A program made the position numbers and the translations under genes. A stretch of 64,000 nucleotides of DNA from Mogibacterium sp. (lineage in GTDB: Bacteria; Bacillota; Clostridia; Peptostreptococcales; Anaerovoracaceae): the NCBI GenBank assembly GCA_017404265.1, contig JAFRCS010000006.1, positions 125,502 to 189,501 of the forward strand. The letters run 5' to 3'. This document shows, piece by piece, positions 45,933-55,562 of the stretch (the stretch's first letter is position 1; every line of letters starts with the position of its first letter). Under the pieces are notes generated by a model, which saw only the letters and a program-made list of their open reading frames with translations, did not search any database and was not told where the DNA came from.

Positions 45933-47693
45933 ATGGCAAAACAGGTCACATTATCAGTAACGGTACTCAGCTTCAATAACGCGCAGTATATCGAAGACTG
46001 CCTTGCGTCGATAGAAAAGCAGGGTATAGACAGCTACGAGGTGTTTATCGTTGATGACTGCAGCAGCGATAATTCCATTGAAGTGATCAAAAACTACATC
46101 GCGGACCGCCCGCAGTTTCACCTCATAGAAAAGACGGAGAACTCCGGCGGCGCCGTATCCTCTCAGATCGGCGTTGAAAGAAGCACCGGAAAATACTGCT
46201 CGATAATCGATTCCGATGACATCATCGCCGACGGAGCGTATAAGCAGCTGATAAAGAGGATAGAAGAGGACGGTTCCGACTTTGCCTCGGGCATGCCTCT
46301 GATACTCCATTCCGGCTACCTGTATGGATTCATGCCGAATGAGAAAGAGACTTCGGTTTTTGCAGAGAATACTGTGATCAGCGACGATAAGGCCAAGGCT
46401 AAATTCAGCTGTGTTTTCAGCTACTGGAATTGCATCTTCAAAACGGAATTTCTCAAAAAGAACGACATCCACATGGCGAGCGGACTGCTGATAGCAGACA
46501 GACCTTTCCTCTTCGATGCTATTTATAAAGCAGACAGGATCAGCCTGGACCACACAGTCGTATATTACTGGAGAAAGAAAAACAATCCTAAGAAGCAGTC
46601 GATAACCGATCAGAAAAACGAGTACCGGGTGATCGCCGACAGATGCGACTCATTTGAAACGCAGGTAAGGATAACGCTTAAAAACACTGAAGAAAAAGGC
46701 TCTCTCAATCTGGGGATGTGGGAGAATTCTTTCGAGAGACTGTTTTACCCGCTGACAGAACTGCTGAGATCGGAGAAGATCGACAGGGACTTTTTCACGG
46801 TAGTATGTGACAGGTACAGGTTCCTGCTGACGGAATATGCCGGGCTTTTCAGACAGCTTCTGGACGCAGGACACATCGCGACCCTCCACGCATTCTATAC
46901 AGTATGCCTTTTGACGCATGATTATGATGCTCTTCTGAACATCGCGGATGAAGAAACGATCCTTATAAAGCTGAGGGATCTGGCTACTGAAGAAGACAAG
47001 CCGATGTTCAGAGAGGCGATGTGCAAAGAGAATACTAAGATGGTCATGCAGAGGGTAGCCGCGGAAGGGGACAATGTATATGTATACGTCATGGTGCCTA
47101 ACGACTACAAAGATCTGATAAAGGTCAACAGCGTGACTGCCATAAGCAGAGTATATAAAATGGACCGCTATGAGCTGGACTTTGACAACGACAGGTTTCG
47201 CTTCAATATCAAAGATCTTCCGGAGTCCATCTACTACTTCAATCTTTCGTATAATATAGGTGAAGAAAGCTACATGCAGGAGATGGGCAGAAGTCCGCTC
47301 CCGGCCCCGGTCCTGTTCTATGAAGATGACGATTTCCTCATCACGAGCAACCGCAATGGAGGAAATCCTCTTACTATCATGAGGAAGAACAGATATACTT
47401 TTGTAGGGGACAGCAAAAGACCCCGCATATTCGTGAACAACGATGACGGAGATATCGACAGGCTGTTCTTCTACAATGTTATAGACAACAGGGAGAGTGA
47501 GCTCGAGCGTATCAGTGACGATATATATCAGTTTGGGCTGAACGATCTTCCGGAGGGCAGAAACGTGCTGCTTGCGAAACACGGCAACGGCACTATCTCC
47601 ACCGTCAACAAAGCACAGTTCACAAACAGCGCGAATCACATGAAAGCATATGAAAAGCTGTTCATGGCAAACGTGATCACGATAATCAAATAA
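45933..47693 (+). CDS. GT2-family glycosyltransferase with ~330-aa C-terminal extension of unknown function
   Basis: LSVTVLSFNNAQYIEDCLASIEKQ...FIVDDCSSDNS...IIDSDD (GT-A, DxD). ATG at 45933; the track ORF starts at a GTG at 45924. Confidence 0.75.
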   Translation: MAKQVTLSVTVLSFNNAQYIEDCLASIEKQGIDSYEVFIVDDCSSDNSIEVIKNYIADRPQFHLIEKTENSGGAVSSQIGVERSTGKYCSIIDSDDIIADGAYKQLIKRIEEDGSDFASGMPLILHSGYLYGFMPNEKETSVFAENTVISDDKAKAKFSCVFSYWNCIFKTEFLKKNDIHMASGLLIADRPFLFDAIYKADRISLDHTVVYYWRKKNNPKKQSITDQKNEYRVIADRCDSFETQVRITLKNTEEKGSLNLGMWENSFERLFYPLTELLRSEKIDRDFFTVVCDRYRFLLTEYAGLFRQLLDAGHIATLHAFYTVCLLTHDYDALLNIADEETILIKLRDLATEEDKPMFREAMCKENTKMVMQRVAAEGDNVYVYVMVPNDYKDLIKVNSVTAISRVYKMDRYELDFDNDRFRFNIKDLPESIYYFNLSYNIGEESYMQEMGRSPLPAPVLFYEDDDFLITSNRNGGNPLTIMRKNRYTFVGDSKRPRIFVNNDDGDIDRLFFYNVIDNRESELERISDDIYQFGLNDLPEGRNVLLAKHGNGTISTVNKAQFTNSANHMKAYEKLFMANVITIIK

Positions 47694-47705
47694 AGCGGAG
47701 ACAAG

Positions 47706-48821
47706 ATGATGGATAAAAAAATATTGGTGACACAGTCCACGATACCGCCGATGGATGAATATATCCGTGAGATAGAGTCTCTTTGGGAAACCAAATGGCT
47801 CACTAACATGGGAAGCAAGCACGTGCAGCTCCAGCAGGAACTTGCCGCTTACCTTGGCGTAGAGAATATCGAGCTCATGGTCAACGGACACATGTCGATA
47901 GAACTTGGCATACAGGTCTGCGGCTTTGAAAGGGGAAGCGAGGTCATCACGACGCCTTTCACTTTCACATCCACGACTCACGCCATAGTAAGGAACGGTC
48001 TGAAGCCGGTGTTCTGCGATGTGAAGCCTGATGACTACACCATTGACCCGGAAAAGATCGAGGCGCTGATAAGCGATAAGACGGTCGCCATCATGCCGGT
48101 ACATGTATACGGCAACATCTGTGACGTAGAAGCTATAGACAGCATAGCGCGTAAGCACGGCCTTAAGGTCTTATATGACGCGGCTCACACCTTTGGAGAA
48201 ACCTACAAAGGCAAAGGCGTAGGCAACTTCGGAGACATGTCGTTCTTCAGCTTCCATGCAACAAAAGTGTTCAACACTATAGAGGGCGGAGCGGTCTGTT
48301 TCCATGATGAGAAGTATAAGCAGTCGCTTTACGACATCAAGAACTTTGGGATCCATGGACCGGAAGAAGTAAAGGCTGTCGGAGGGAACGCCAAGATGAA
48401 CGAGTTCTGCGCTTCGATGGGGCTTTGCAACCTCAGACATGTGGACGAGGCGATCGAAAAGAGAAAGAAGGTAGTAGAACGCTACCGCGAAAAGCTTTCG
48501 GTCATAGACGGGATCAAGCTCAATGTCGTGCAGGACGGGGTCAAACAGAACTACGCGTATTTCCCGGTCGTGTTCGACCCTGAAGTATACGGGAAGAACC
48601 GCGACGAGGTCCAGGAGATACTGGCAGGATACGGGATCGGCTCCAGAAAGTATTTCTATCCGCTGACGAATTCCTATGATTGCTACGAATGGAAGTTCGA
48701 CACCGCTGAGACGCCGATCGCGAAAAGTATAAGCGACAACGTATTGTGCCTGCCTCTTTACGCCGATCTGTCTCTTGAAGACGTAGACAGGATCTGCAGA
48801 ATAATCACAGAGAAGTGCTGA
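47706..48821 (+). CDS. DegT/DnrJ/EryC1-family PLP-dependent sugar aminotransferase
   Basis: Fold-type I aminotransferase pattern: TTPFTFTSTTHA, YDAAHTFG, and FSFHATKVFNTIEGGA (PLP lysine). Confidence 0.85.
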   Translation: MMDKKILVTQSTIPPMDEYIREIESLWETKWLTNMGSKHVQLQQELAAYLGVENIELMVNGHMSIELGIQVCGFERGSEVITTPFTFTSTTHAIVRNGLKPVFCDVKPDDYTIDPEKIEALISDKTVAIMPVHVYGNICDVEAIDSIARKHGLKVLYDAAHTFGETYKGKGVGNFGDMSFFSFHATKVFNTIEGGAVCFHDEKYKQSLYDIKNFGIHGPEEVKAVGGNAKMNEFCASMGLCNLRHVDEAIEKRKKVVERYREKLSVIDGIKLNVVQDGVKQNYAYFPVVFDPEVYGKNRDEVQEILAGYGIGSRKYFYPLTNSYDCYEWKFDTAETPIAKSISDNVLCLPLYADLSLEDVDRICRIITEKC

Positions 48822-48822
48822 A

Positions 48823-49632
48823 ATGATTGAATCGATCAAAGAAATAGTAAGAGACCATATTCAATACAAAGACCAGATCAAGATGCTGGCTAAGTCAGAT
48901 CTGATAAAGACGTATCGCGGCGCCGCCCTGGGCTGGTCCTGGGCGATCATCAAGCCGCTGATCACGCTCTTTGTGTTCTGGTTCGCATTTTCCGTAGGAC
49001 TGAGGTCGGGCAAGCCGGTAGCGGGGTATTCCTTCTTCCTGTGGCTTGTAGCGGGATTCCTGCCATGGTTTTTCATGCAGGAGCTGATAACCGGCGGAGC
49101 CGCCTGTATCAGAAAATACAGCCCGCTCGTGACCAAGATGAAATTCCCTATCTCGATCATACCTACGTATTTCAATATCTCTCATTTATATACACATCTG
49201 GCGCTGCTGGTCATAACCATAGTGCTTTTTGCGGTCTCGGGACATATGCCGGACATCTATCTGCTGCAGATCCCGTTTTACATGCTTCTGATGGTGGCGT
49301 TCTTTATCGTATGGGCGCTCCTGGCGGGCATGCTTTCCGCTATCAGCAAGGATTTCCAGAATCTGGTCAATGCGCTTTCATCAGCGATCTTCTGGATGTC
49401 GGGTATCATCTATAACGTTGAGGATATCGAGAATACCTGGATAAGGGTCATGCTCAAGTTCAATCCGGTCACGGTAATATCCAGCGGCTACAGAAGAGCC
49501 TTCATTTATAAAAAGTGGTTCTGGCAGGACAAAGTATCACTGGTGTGCTTCTCGATCACCTTCCTGATTTTCCTGATCCTTGCGCTCACGGTATATAAGA
49601 AGCTGAGAAAAGAGATCCCTGACGTTTTATAG
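48823..49632 (+). CDS. tagG: ABC-2 type polymer export permease (TagG-like)
   Basis: Six predicted TM helices, ABC-2 size (269 aa), immediately upstream of the TagH-like ATPase. Confidence 0.8.
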   Translation: MIESIKEIVRDHIQYKDQIKMLAKSDLIKTYRGAALGWSWAIIKPLITLFVFWFAFSVGLRSGKPVAGYSFFLWLVAGFLPWFFMQELITGGAACIRKYSPLVTKMKFPISIIPTYFNISHLYTHLALLVITIVLFAVSGHMPDIYLLQIPFYMLLMVAFFIVWALLAGMLSAISKDFQNLVNALSSAIFWMSGIIYNVEDIENTWIRVMLKFNPVTVISSGYRRAFIYKKWFWQDKVSLVCFSITFLIFLILALTVYKKLRKEIPDVL

Positions 49633-49655
49633 GTCAGCAGAAACGGTACAGATAT

Positions 49656-50381
49656 ATGAGCAATGAAGTAGTAGTCAGATTTGACAACGTCACAAAGATG
49701 TACAAGCTGTATAAGAGCAGCAGAGCACGCTTCAAAGGGCTGTTCAGCAAGAAAGTTCCGTACAAAGAGAACAAAGCTGTTAACGGAATGTCTTTTGAGG
49801 TAAGGAAGGGCGAGAGCGTAGCGCTGTTTGGACGTAACGGTGCGGGCAAGTCCACCATGCTCAAGATGATCACGGGCGTTACCTTCCCGACTGAAGGCGA
49901 GATAACCGTCAAAGGCAAGGTGTGCGCTCTGCTCGAGCTTGGTGCGGGCTTTGACGCCGAGTCGACAGGCAGGGAAAACATAAGGTTCAAATGCAGCCTC
50001 ATGGGAATGAATGATGAAGAGATCGATGCGGTAGAAGATGATATCGTGCAGTTCGCGGACATCGGGGATTACATGGATCAGCCGCTGAGGTCCTATTCGA
50101 GCGGTATGAAAGCCAGACTCGGCTTCGCGATAAACGCCAACGCCCAGCCGGACATACTTATAGTTGACGAGGCGCTGAGCGTTGGAGACAGAAATTTCCA
50201 GAAGAAGTGCAAGGAAAAGATAGCCGAGATAATGGCTGACGACAATGTGACGCTTCTCTTTGTTACACACTCTCTCACGACGGCCAGAGATTTCTGTAAG
50301 CGCGGGATCGTGCTTGAGAAGGGAAAGATCCTATTTGACGGAACGATCGATGAGGCGATCAAATTCTACGAAACAAAATAG
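49656..50381 (+). CDS. tagH: Teichoic-acid/polysaccharide export ABC ATPase (TagH-like)
   Basis: Walker A GRNGAGKST, signature YSSGMKARLGFA, Walker B ILIVDEALSVGD. Confidence 0.85.
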   Translation: MSNEVVVRFDNVTKMYKLYKSSRARFKGLFSKKVPYKENKAVNGMSFEVRKGESVALFGRNGAGKSTMLKMITGVTFPTEGEITVKGKVCALLELGAGFDAESTGRENIRFKCSLMGMNDEEIDAVEDDIVQFADIGDYMDQPLRSYSSGMKARLGFAINANAQPDILIVDEALSVGDRNFQKKCKEKIAEIMADDNVTLLFVTHSLTTARDFCKRGIVLEKGKILFDGTIDEAIKFYETK

Positions 50382-50389
50382 TTTAACTG

Positions 50390-53300
50390 ATGAGAAATCC
50401 GTTACGATCGATAAAACGCAAAATCAAATACTATAAAAGCAGTGACCGCAAATACCGCGATCTCTGGTATTCATGTGATGTCGATGAACACTGCATAATG
50501 ATAGAGCCGGGGCGCGGAGAGACCGTGTCGGGCAATATGTTTGCGATACTGAAAGAGGTGGAGACCGGACCGGAGTGGTCTGATCTCAGGCCTTTTTTCG
50601 TTGTTACGGAAAAGACGCGCAAAGAAGCCGAAAGGAAGATCGAATATTACGGTTTCAGTAAAGTAAAGCTTGTTGAGAGGATGAGCGATGAATACCTGAA
50701 GCTCCTCGCAACGTGCAAATACTTTTTTTCGGATAACACGTATCCGGCGGAGTTCTGCAAGAAAACTGACCAGGTACTGGTAAACACATGGCACGGGACC
50801 CCGCTCAAACACATGGGCAAAGCCAATCTTGAAGGTGCCCGCGGCATGAGCAACGTGATGCGCAATTTCTTCATGTCGGACCACGCTCTTTTCCCGAATG
50901 ACTTTACGAGAGACGTCTTCATGAATGACTACCAGCTGAGTTCTCAATTCAGCGGCAGCGCAGTCATGCTTGATTATCCGCGGAATGACGCGCTCTACAA
51001 TGAAGAGATGAGGGCTGCAGTGCGCAGGGAGCAGGGCATTGAAGATAAGCGCGTGTACGCGTACATGCCGACCTGGAGGGGCAGCGACTCAAAATCTGTC
51101 AGCATGGAAGATCAGGAGAGAGAGATCACCGGGTATCTGGCTGCGCTGGATGGATCGCTCGCGGACGATCAGCTGCTGTTTGTCAATCTGCATCCATTCG
51201 TCGGAAGCAGACTGTCATATGACAGCTATAAACATATAAGACCGTTTCCGGGCGAATATGAGACCTACGATTTCCTGAACGCGACAGACGCGCTCATCAC
51301 GGATTACTCGAGCGTACTCTTCGATTATGCCGGGACAGGACGCAAGATAGTTCTGTTTACGTACGATCTGGAGGATTATCTTGAAAGCCGCGGCATGTAT
51401 CTCGATATACGTAAGATGCCTTTTGATATCTGCCGCACTCCGGACGAGGTCATAGCCGGCCTCAACAGCGAAGGATCGGTCGCTGACAAAAGGTTCCTGG
51501 ATACATTCTGCGCATACCGGCGCGGCGAAAAGAACTGCTCACGCAAGCTCCTTGAGATCGCTGCAGGAAGACAGAGCGATTCGGTAAAAATAATAAAGAG
51601 AGAGAATGACGGCCGTGCGAGGAACGTGATCGCAGTCAGGGATCTGAGCAAGGGCGTCACGAATGATCTGAAGCGGCTGATACAGAAGAATACTGAAGGC
51701 GGCGACCACGTCAGCGTGCTGTTTGGCGGAGGCATAAAGCCGGAATATATCGATACACTCAAAGAACTCGATACGTATGAAAACGTTGACTGGTACCCTT
51801 TGATCGGAGGCATCAGAGACGAAGACATGCCTCGCGAGGTAAGGCGCGTGCTTCCGGGCTGGCACATCGACAACGTCGGAAATTCAGATGATCTCAGAAG
51901 GAATTACCACAGACTCGTGTACCACCTGATACCCGTCAGGAAATATGCGATCCATGACAGAGGAGAGAACATAAGGATCTCGTTCCTGCAGGACAGGCTT
52001 TCCTATCTGGTCAGCGCCAGAGTAGGAGAGAGACCTTGTGAGCTCCAAAGGCGCGGAAACAAATACTTTATTGATATCCCTAAAGAGGATCTGACAGGAT
52101 TCTTCTTCCGCAACCGCATAGCCCTGATCGATGAGTTCGGGGAGGAGCACCGGATCATATCCGGAAGACGCCTGCCAAAGATATTAAGTATAATCCATAC
52201 TAAAGTCATAAAGCTTGGGATCAGCGCCGGAGGAGATGAAGAAGAAGACACGGCTCAGTCCGGCACAGGAGGGTCGATCTGCTATCTGCAGGAATACAGG
52301 ACCCGCACGGATCTTCTGGTCAGACCGGCAAACTATACCGACAGCTTCGGACAGAGAGTCAGGATAGCGCTTGCGTATTGTGCCGCAAAACTCAAAAGAG
52401 GCGGAACGACTCCTATATTGCTGTATGAGAAAAACAGCGAAAGATATGAGGAATCTGCGTCAGTCCTGTTCGAGAAACTGCTCGATATGGGATATGGCAA
52501 TGTTTATTACGTTATAAGAAAAGATTGCCCGGCGTGGAACGATGTGCCTGACAGGTACCGCTCAAAGCTGCTTGCAAAGTATTCATTCAGGCATTATCTG
52601 ATGCTGTTCAGATGCAGGACGTTCATAGCGACCGAACGCATCACGCATAATATAGACCTCAGGCCGCTGAGCCCATTCCTGAGGTACTGGCTCGTACACG
52701 CGGGTTACAACTTCGTTTTCCTGCAGCACGGCGTTATGTACATGGTGTCGCTTGACGCCGAGAGGCGCGCTTTCTTCAGGCTGCGCGAACGCCCGGGATA
52801 CAAGAACAGGATAGTGACATCTTCAGAACTTGAGGCCGACCACTTCGTTTATAGAGGAGGTTTCGATCGCGAGGAGCTGTATGTCTGCGGCCTGCTCAAA
52901 TTCGACAGGGCGGAGAGAAATGAGACGCATGACCGCATCGTGATCATGCCTACCTGGAGACCGGGAGAGGCAAATCTCGCGACTGAGAACTTCCGCGAGA
53001 CCACTTATTTCAAGTTCATACAGAAGATATACGACGCGGTGCCGGACGATCTGAAAGATAAAGTTGTAGTGCTGCCGCATCCTTTGATCAAGAAGAGCGC
53101 TGTTGCCGCAGCGGAATCCGGCGGAGACATCGGGGACCGCGACGTGATAAGGCTGATGCTGCCTGACGTGACTCATGAGGAGACCCTCAGGATGACCGAT
53201 ACATTGATCACGGATTATTCATCGATCTCATACGACGCGTTCTACCGCGGGGCAAACGTTATATTCGACTGGGAAGAAAAGGATGATACGATCGCTTATT

Positions 53301-53512
53301 ACGGAAAGTCCTCGAGGCTGATGCTGACGGAGGACCTCGCGTTCGGCGAAGTGGCATACGACAAAGAACAGCTGAGAGAATCGATCATAAGAACATACGG
53401 CAAGGCTCAGAAAAAAGAGCATATCGAAAGGTTCCGCAAGATAGTGACGTATCACGACGGACGGAATACCGAAAGATTCATAGAGATGGCGAAAAAGGAC
53501 GGACTGCTTTAA
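50390..53512 (+). CDS. Double-domain TagF-like glycerophosphotransferase (two catalytic modules in one 1040-aa protein)
   Basis: Module 1: VNTWHGTPLKHMG, YAYMPTWRG, ITDYSSVLFDYAGTGRKIVLFTYDLEDY. Module 2: FLQHGVMYMVS, IVIMPTWRP, ITDYSSISYDAFYRGANVIF. Confidence 0.8.
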   Translation: MRNPLRSIKRKIKYYKSSDRKYRDLWYSCDVDEHCIMIEPGRGETVSGNMFAILKEVETGPEWSDLRPFFVVTEKTRKEAERKIEYYGFSKVKLVERMSDEYLKLLATCKYFFSDNTYPAEFCKKTDQVLVNTWHGTPLKHMGKANLEGARGMSNVMRNFFMSDHALFPNDFTRDVFMNDYQLSSQFSGSAVMLDYPRNDALYNEEMRAAVRREQGIEDKRVYAYMPTWRGSDSKSVSMEDQEREITGYLAALDGSLADDQLLFVNLHPFVGSRLSYDSYKHIRPFPGEYETYDFLNATDALITDYSSVLFDYAGTGRKIVLFTYDLEDYLESRGMYLDIRKMPFDICRTPDEVIAGLNSEGSVADKRFLDTFCAYRRGEKNCSRKLLEIAAGRQSDSVKIIKRENDGRARNVIAVRDLSKGVTNDLKRLIQKNTEGGDHVSVLFGGGIKPEYIDTLKELDTYENVDWYPLIGGIRDEDMPREVRRVLPGWHIDNVGNSDDLRRNYHRLVYHLIPVRKYAIHDRGENIRISFLQDRLSYLVSARVGERPCELQRRGNKYFIDIPKEDLTGFFFRNRIALIDEFGEEHRIISGRRLPKILSIIHTKVIKLGISAGGDEEEDTAQSGTGGSICYLQEYRTRTDLLVRPANYTDSFGQRVRIALAYCAAKLKRGGTTPILLYEKNSERYEESASVLFEKLLDMGYGNVYYVIRKDCPAWNDVPDRYRSKLLAKYSFRHYLMLFRCRTFIATERITHNIDLRPLSPFLRYWLVHAGYNFVFLQHGVMYMVSLDAERRAFFRLRERPGYKNRIVTSSELEADHFVYRGGFDREELYVCGLLKFDRAERNETHDRIVIMPTWRPGEANLATENFRETTYFKFIQKIYDAVPDDLKDKVVVLPHPLIKKSAVAAAESGGDIGDRDVIRLMLPDVTHEETLRMTDTLITDYSSISYDAFYRGANVIFDWEEKDDTIAYYGKSSRLMLTEDLAFGEVAYDKEQLRESIIRTYGKAQKKEHIERFRKIVTYHDGRNTERFIEMAKKDGLL

Positions 53513-53515
53513 AAG

Positions 53516-54637
53516 ATGGAACGAGAGGGCAGAAAAAAGATCGCGATAATAAGCCGTGAGAGCGACAGCAAGACGCTCGACGTCTCCATGCTGGAGGCAG
53601 AGCTGCTTAAACGCGGGCATAAAGTGAAAGTGCTCAGCAAGCTCCTGACCAAGGAGAAGTCTTTTAAAGCGCTCGGATATATCGGTCATGTGATCAGACA
53701 GGAGGCTGCGATACTCGATTCCGATGTTGTAGTGCTTGACACATACTGTATACCGGCCAGCATGATCCCTCACGGAAAGGGGACCAGGGTGGTCCAGATG
53801 TGGCATGCTCTTGGCGCTGTCAAGAAGTTTGGCTGGCAGACGGTCGGCAAGGAAGGCGGGTCTTCCGAGAAGATGGCTAAGCTGATGAAAATGCATAAGG
53901 GATATGATCACGTCATCTGCTCCAGCGACGTGACTGCCGAATACTTCTGTGAGGCTTTCAGGACAGAACGCGGGAAGATAGTAAAGTGCGGACTGCCACG
54001 CATCGACTATATCAAAAGCGTCACTGCCGGCGACAGACATGATGAGATGGCCGCTAAGATACTCTCAAGATATCCTCAGCTGAAGGAAGATGGCAGAAAG
54101 ACGATACTCTACGCTCCGACCTTCCGCAGGGGCAAAACGGTCGACGTGCAGAGCCTCGCAGACGCGCTGGATCCCGGGAAATCCGATCTGGTGGTGAAGC
54201 TGCATCCGCTCTACAGAGGGGGCACTGCCGTGGGCGAAAGCGGTTCTGCACAGGCAGACACTGCTCAGAAAGGCATCATCTACGATGAGGAATTCTCCAC
54301 ATTCGACTGGCTGTCGGTGGCAGACATGATCATCAGCGACTACTCATCACTGGTCATCGAATCAACGCTTGCAGACAAGCCTCTGTTCATATATGCCTAC
54401 GATCTTGAGGATTATGCGGAGAACACGGGCCTGAACATCGACTTCGAAAGCGAGCCTGTCGCGCCGTATGTTTTCAAAGACGCAAAGAAACTGGCTGACT
54501 GCATCGAAAAAGAAGATTACGACATGGACGCTCTGCGTGCGTTCAGGAACAGATATATAGATGTTGATACGGATAAATGCACTGCCGCGCTGGCTGATTT
54601 TATAGTATCCCTTTCCGGACGCAGTACAAAACCATGA
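53516..54637 (+). CDS. TagB/TagF-family glycerophosphotransferase
   Basis: VQMWHALGAVKKFGW, ILYAPTFRRG, ISDYSSLVIESTLADKPLFIYAYDLEDY. Confidence 0.8.
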   Translation: MEREGRKKIAIISRESDSKTLDVSMLEAELLKRGHKVKVLSKLLTKEKSFKALGYIGHVIRQEAAILDSDVVVLDTYCIPASMIPHGKGTRVVQMWHALGAVKKFGWQTVGKEGGSSEKMAKLMKMHKGYDHVICSSDVTAEYFCEAFRTERGKIVKCGLPRIDYIKSVTAGDRHDEMAAKILSRYPQLKEDGRKTILYAPTFRRGKTVDVQSLADALDPGKSDLVVKLHPLYRGGTAVGESGSAQADTAQKGIIYDEEFSTFDWLSVADMIISDYSSLVIESTLADKPLFIYAYDLEDYAENTGLNIDFESEPVAPYVFKDAKKLADCIEKEDYDMDALRAFRNRYIDVDTDKCTAALADFIVSLSGRSTKP

Positions 54638-55542
54638 AAAAGAAAAGGGCTGATACAACGTTGGTAATAGTGCTCGCATTGCTGATCCTCCTTGTCATTA
54701 TTTCTCTGGTGTGGATACTGCACATAGGAAACCAGAGGAGTATCGCGCGGGCGAGGGATGAAGCCGCCAGGGAACAGCAGGAGGCACAGCAGAAGGCAGA
54801 AGAGGAAGCAGCTGCCAAAAGGGCTGAGGAAGCAGCGATCGCATCACACGTGTATTCGCACCGCGGCTCCGCCGGTCCCGAAGAGCATACTTTCAAGGCT
54901 TACGATGCAGCCATCGAGGCCGGGTCGCACAATATTGAACAGGATGTCGTCATTTCGTCTGATGGAGTTCTCTACGTTTCGCACGATCTTAATGCCGTGA
55001 CTATGACAGGCTACAACGGAATGTATGAGTATATAAGTTCTGAGACCATCGACAGCCTTACGACAGAGGCGGGCAATAAGGTGCTCAGGCTCAGCGAGGT
55101 CTTTGATAGGTACGGCAGGGACATCAACTACATTATCGAGCTGAAGCCCGACAGTGATGCGTGCATAGAGGCGTTCGAGGCACTTGTGGACGAGTACGGT
55201 CTCGCTGATGTCATAACCGTGCAGTCGATGTACTCTCATGTGCTCGAAACTCTGGAAGAGAAGTATCCCGACATGCCTAAGCTCTACGTGTGCAGGAGCC
55301 AGGGGGACTTTGAATACGCTTTAGACAAATCTTATATAGATATTATTTCAGTGAAGGCGTCCGCCGGCCTCATGACCGGGAGCAACTGCAGCGCGGCGCA
55401 CGAAAACGGCAAGGCTTTCAGCGCGTGGACGCTCGATACAGAAGAATCGATAAAGGATGCCATAGACATGGGCGTAGATACATACTTTACCAATGACACG
55501 CCGCTCGCGCTCTCTCTTGAGAGAGAATACAGAAATAACTAA
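54634..55542 (+). CDS. Membrane-anchored glycerophosphodiester phosphodiesterase (GDPD family)
   Basis: N-terminal TM anchor, then HVYSHRGSAGPEEHTFKAYDAAIEAGSHNIEQDVVISSDGVLYVSHD (GDPD HR...E..D...H core). ATGA overlap with the upstream gene. Confidence 0.8.
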   Translation: MKKKRADTTLVIVLALLILLVIISLVWILHIGNQRSIARARDEAAREQQEAQQKAEEEAAAKRAEEAAIASHVYSHRGSAGPEEHTFKAYDAAIEAGSHNIEQDVVISSDGVLYVSHDLNAVTMTGYNGMYEYISSETIDSLTTEAGNKVLRLSEVFDRYGRDINYIIELKPDSDACIEAFEALVDEYGLADVITVQSMYSHVLETLEEKYPDMPKLYVCRSQGDFEYALDKSYIDIISVKASAGLMTGSNCSAAHENGKAFSAWTLDTEESIKDAIDMGVDTYFTNDTPLALSLEREYRNN

Positions 55543-55562
55543 TGCAGACACGGAGGTCAGCG

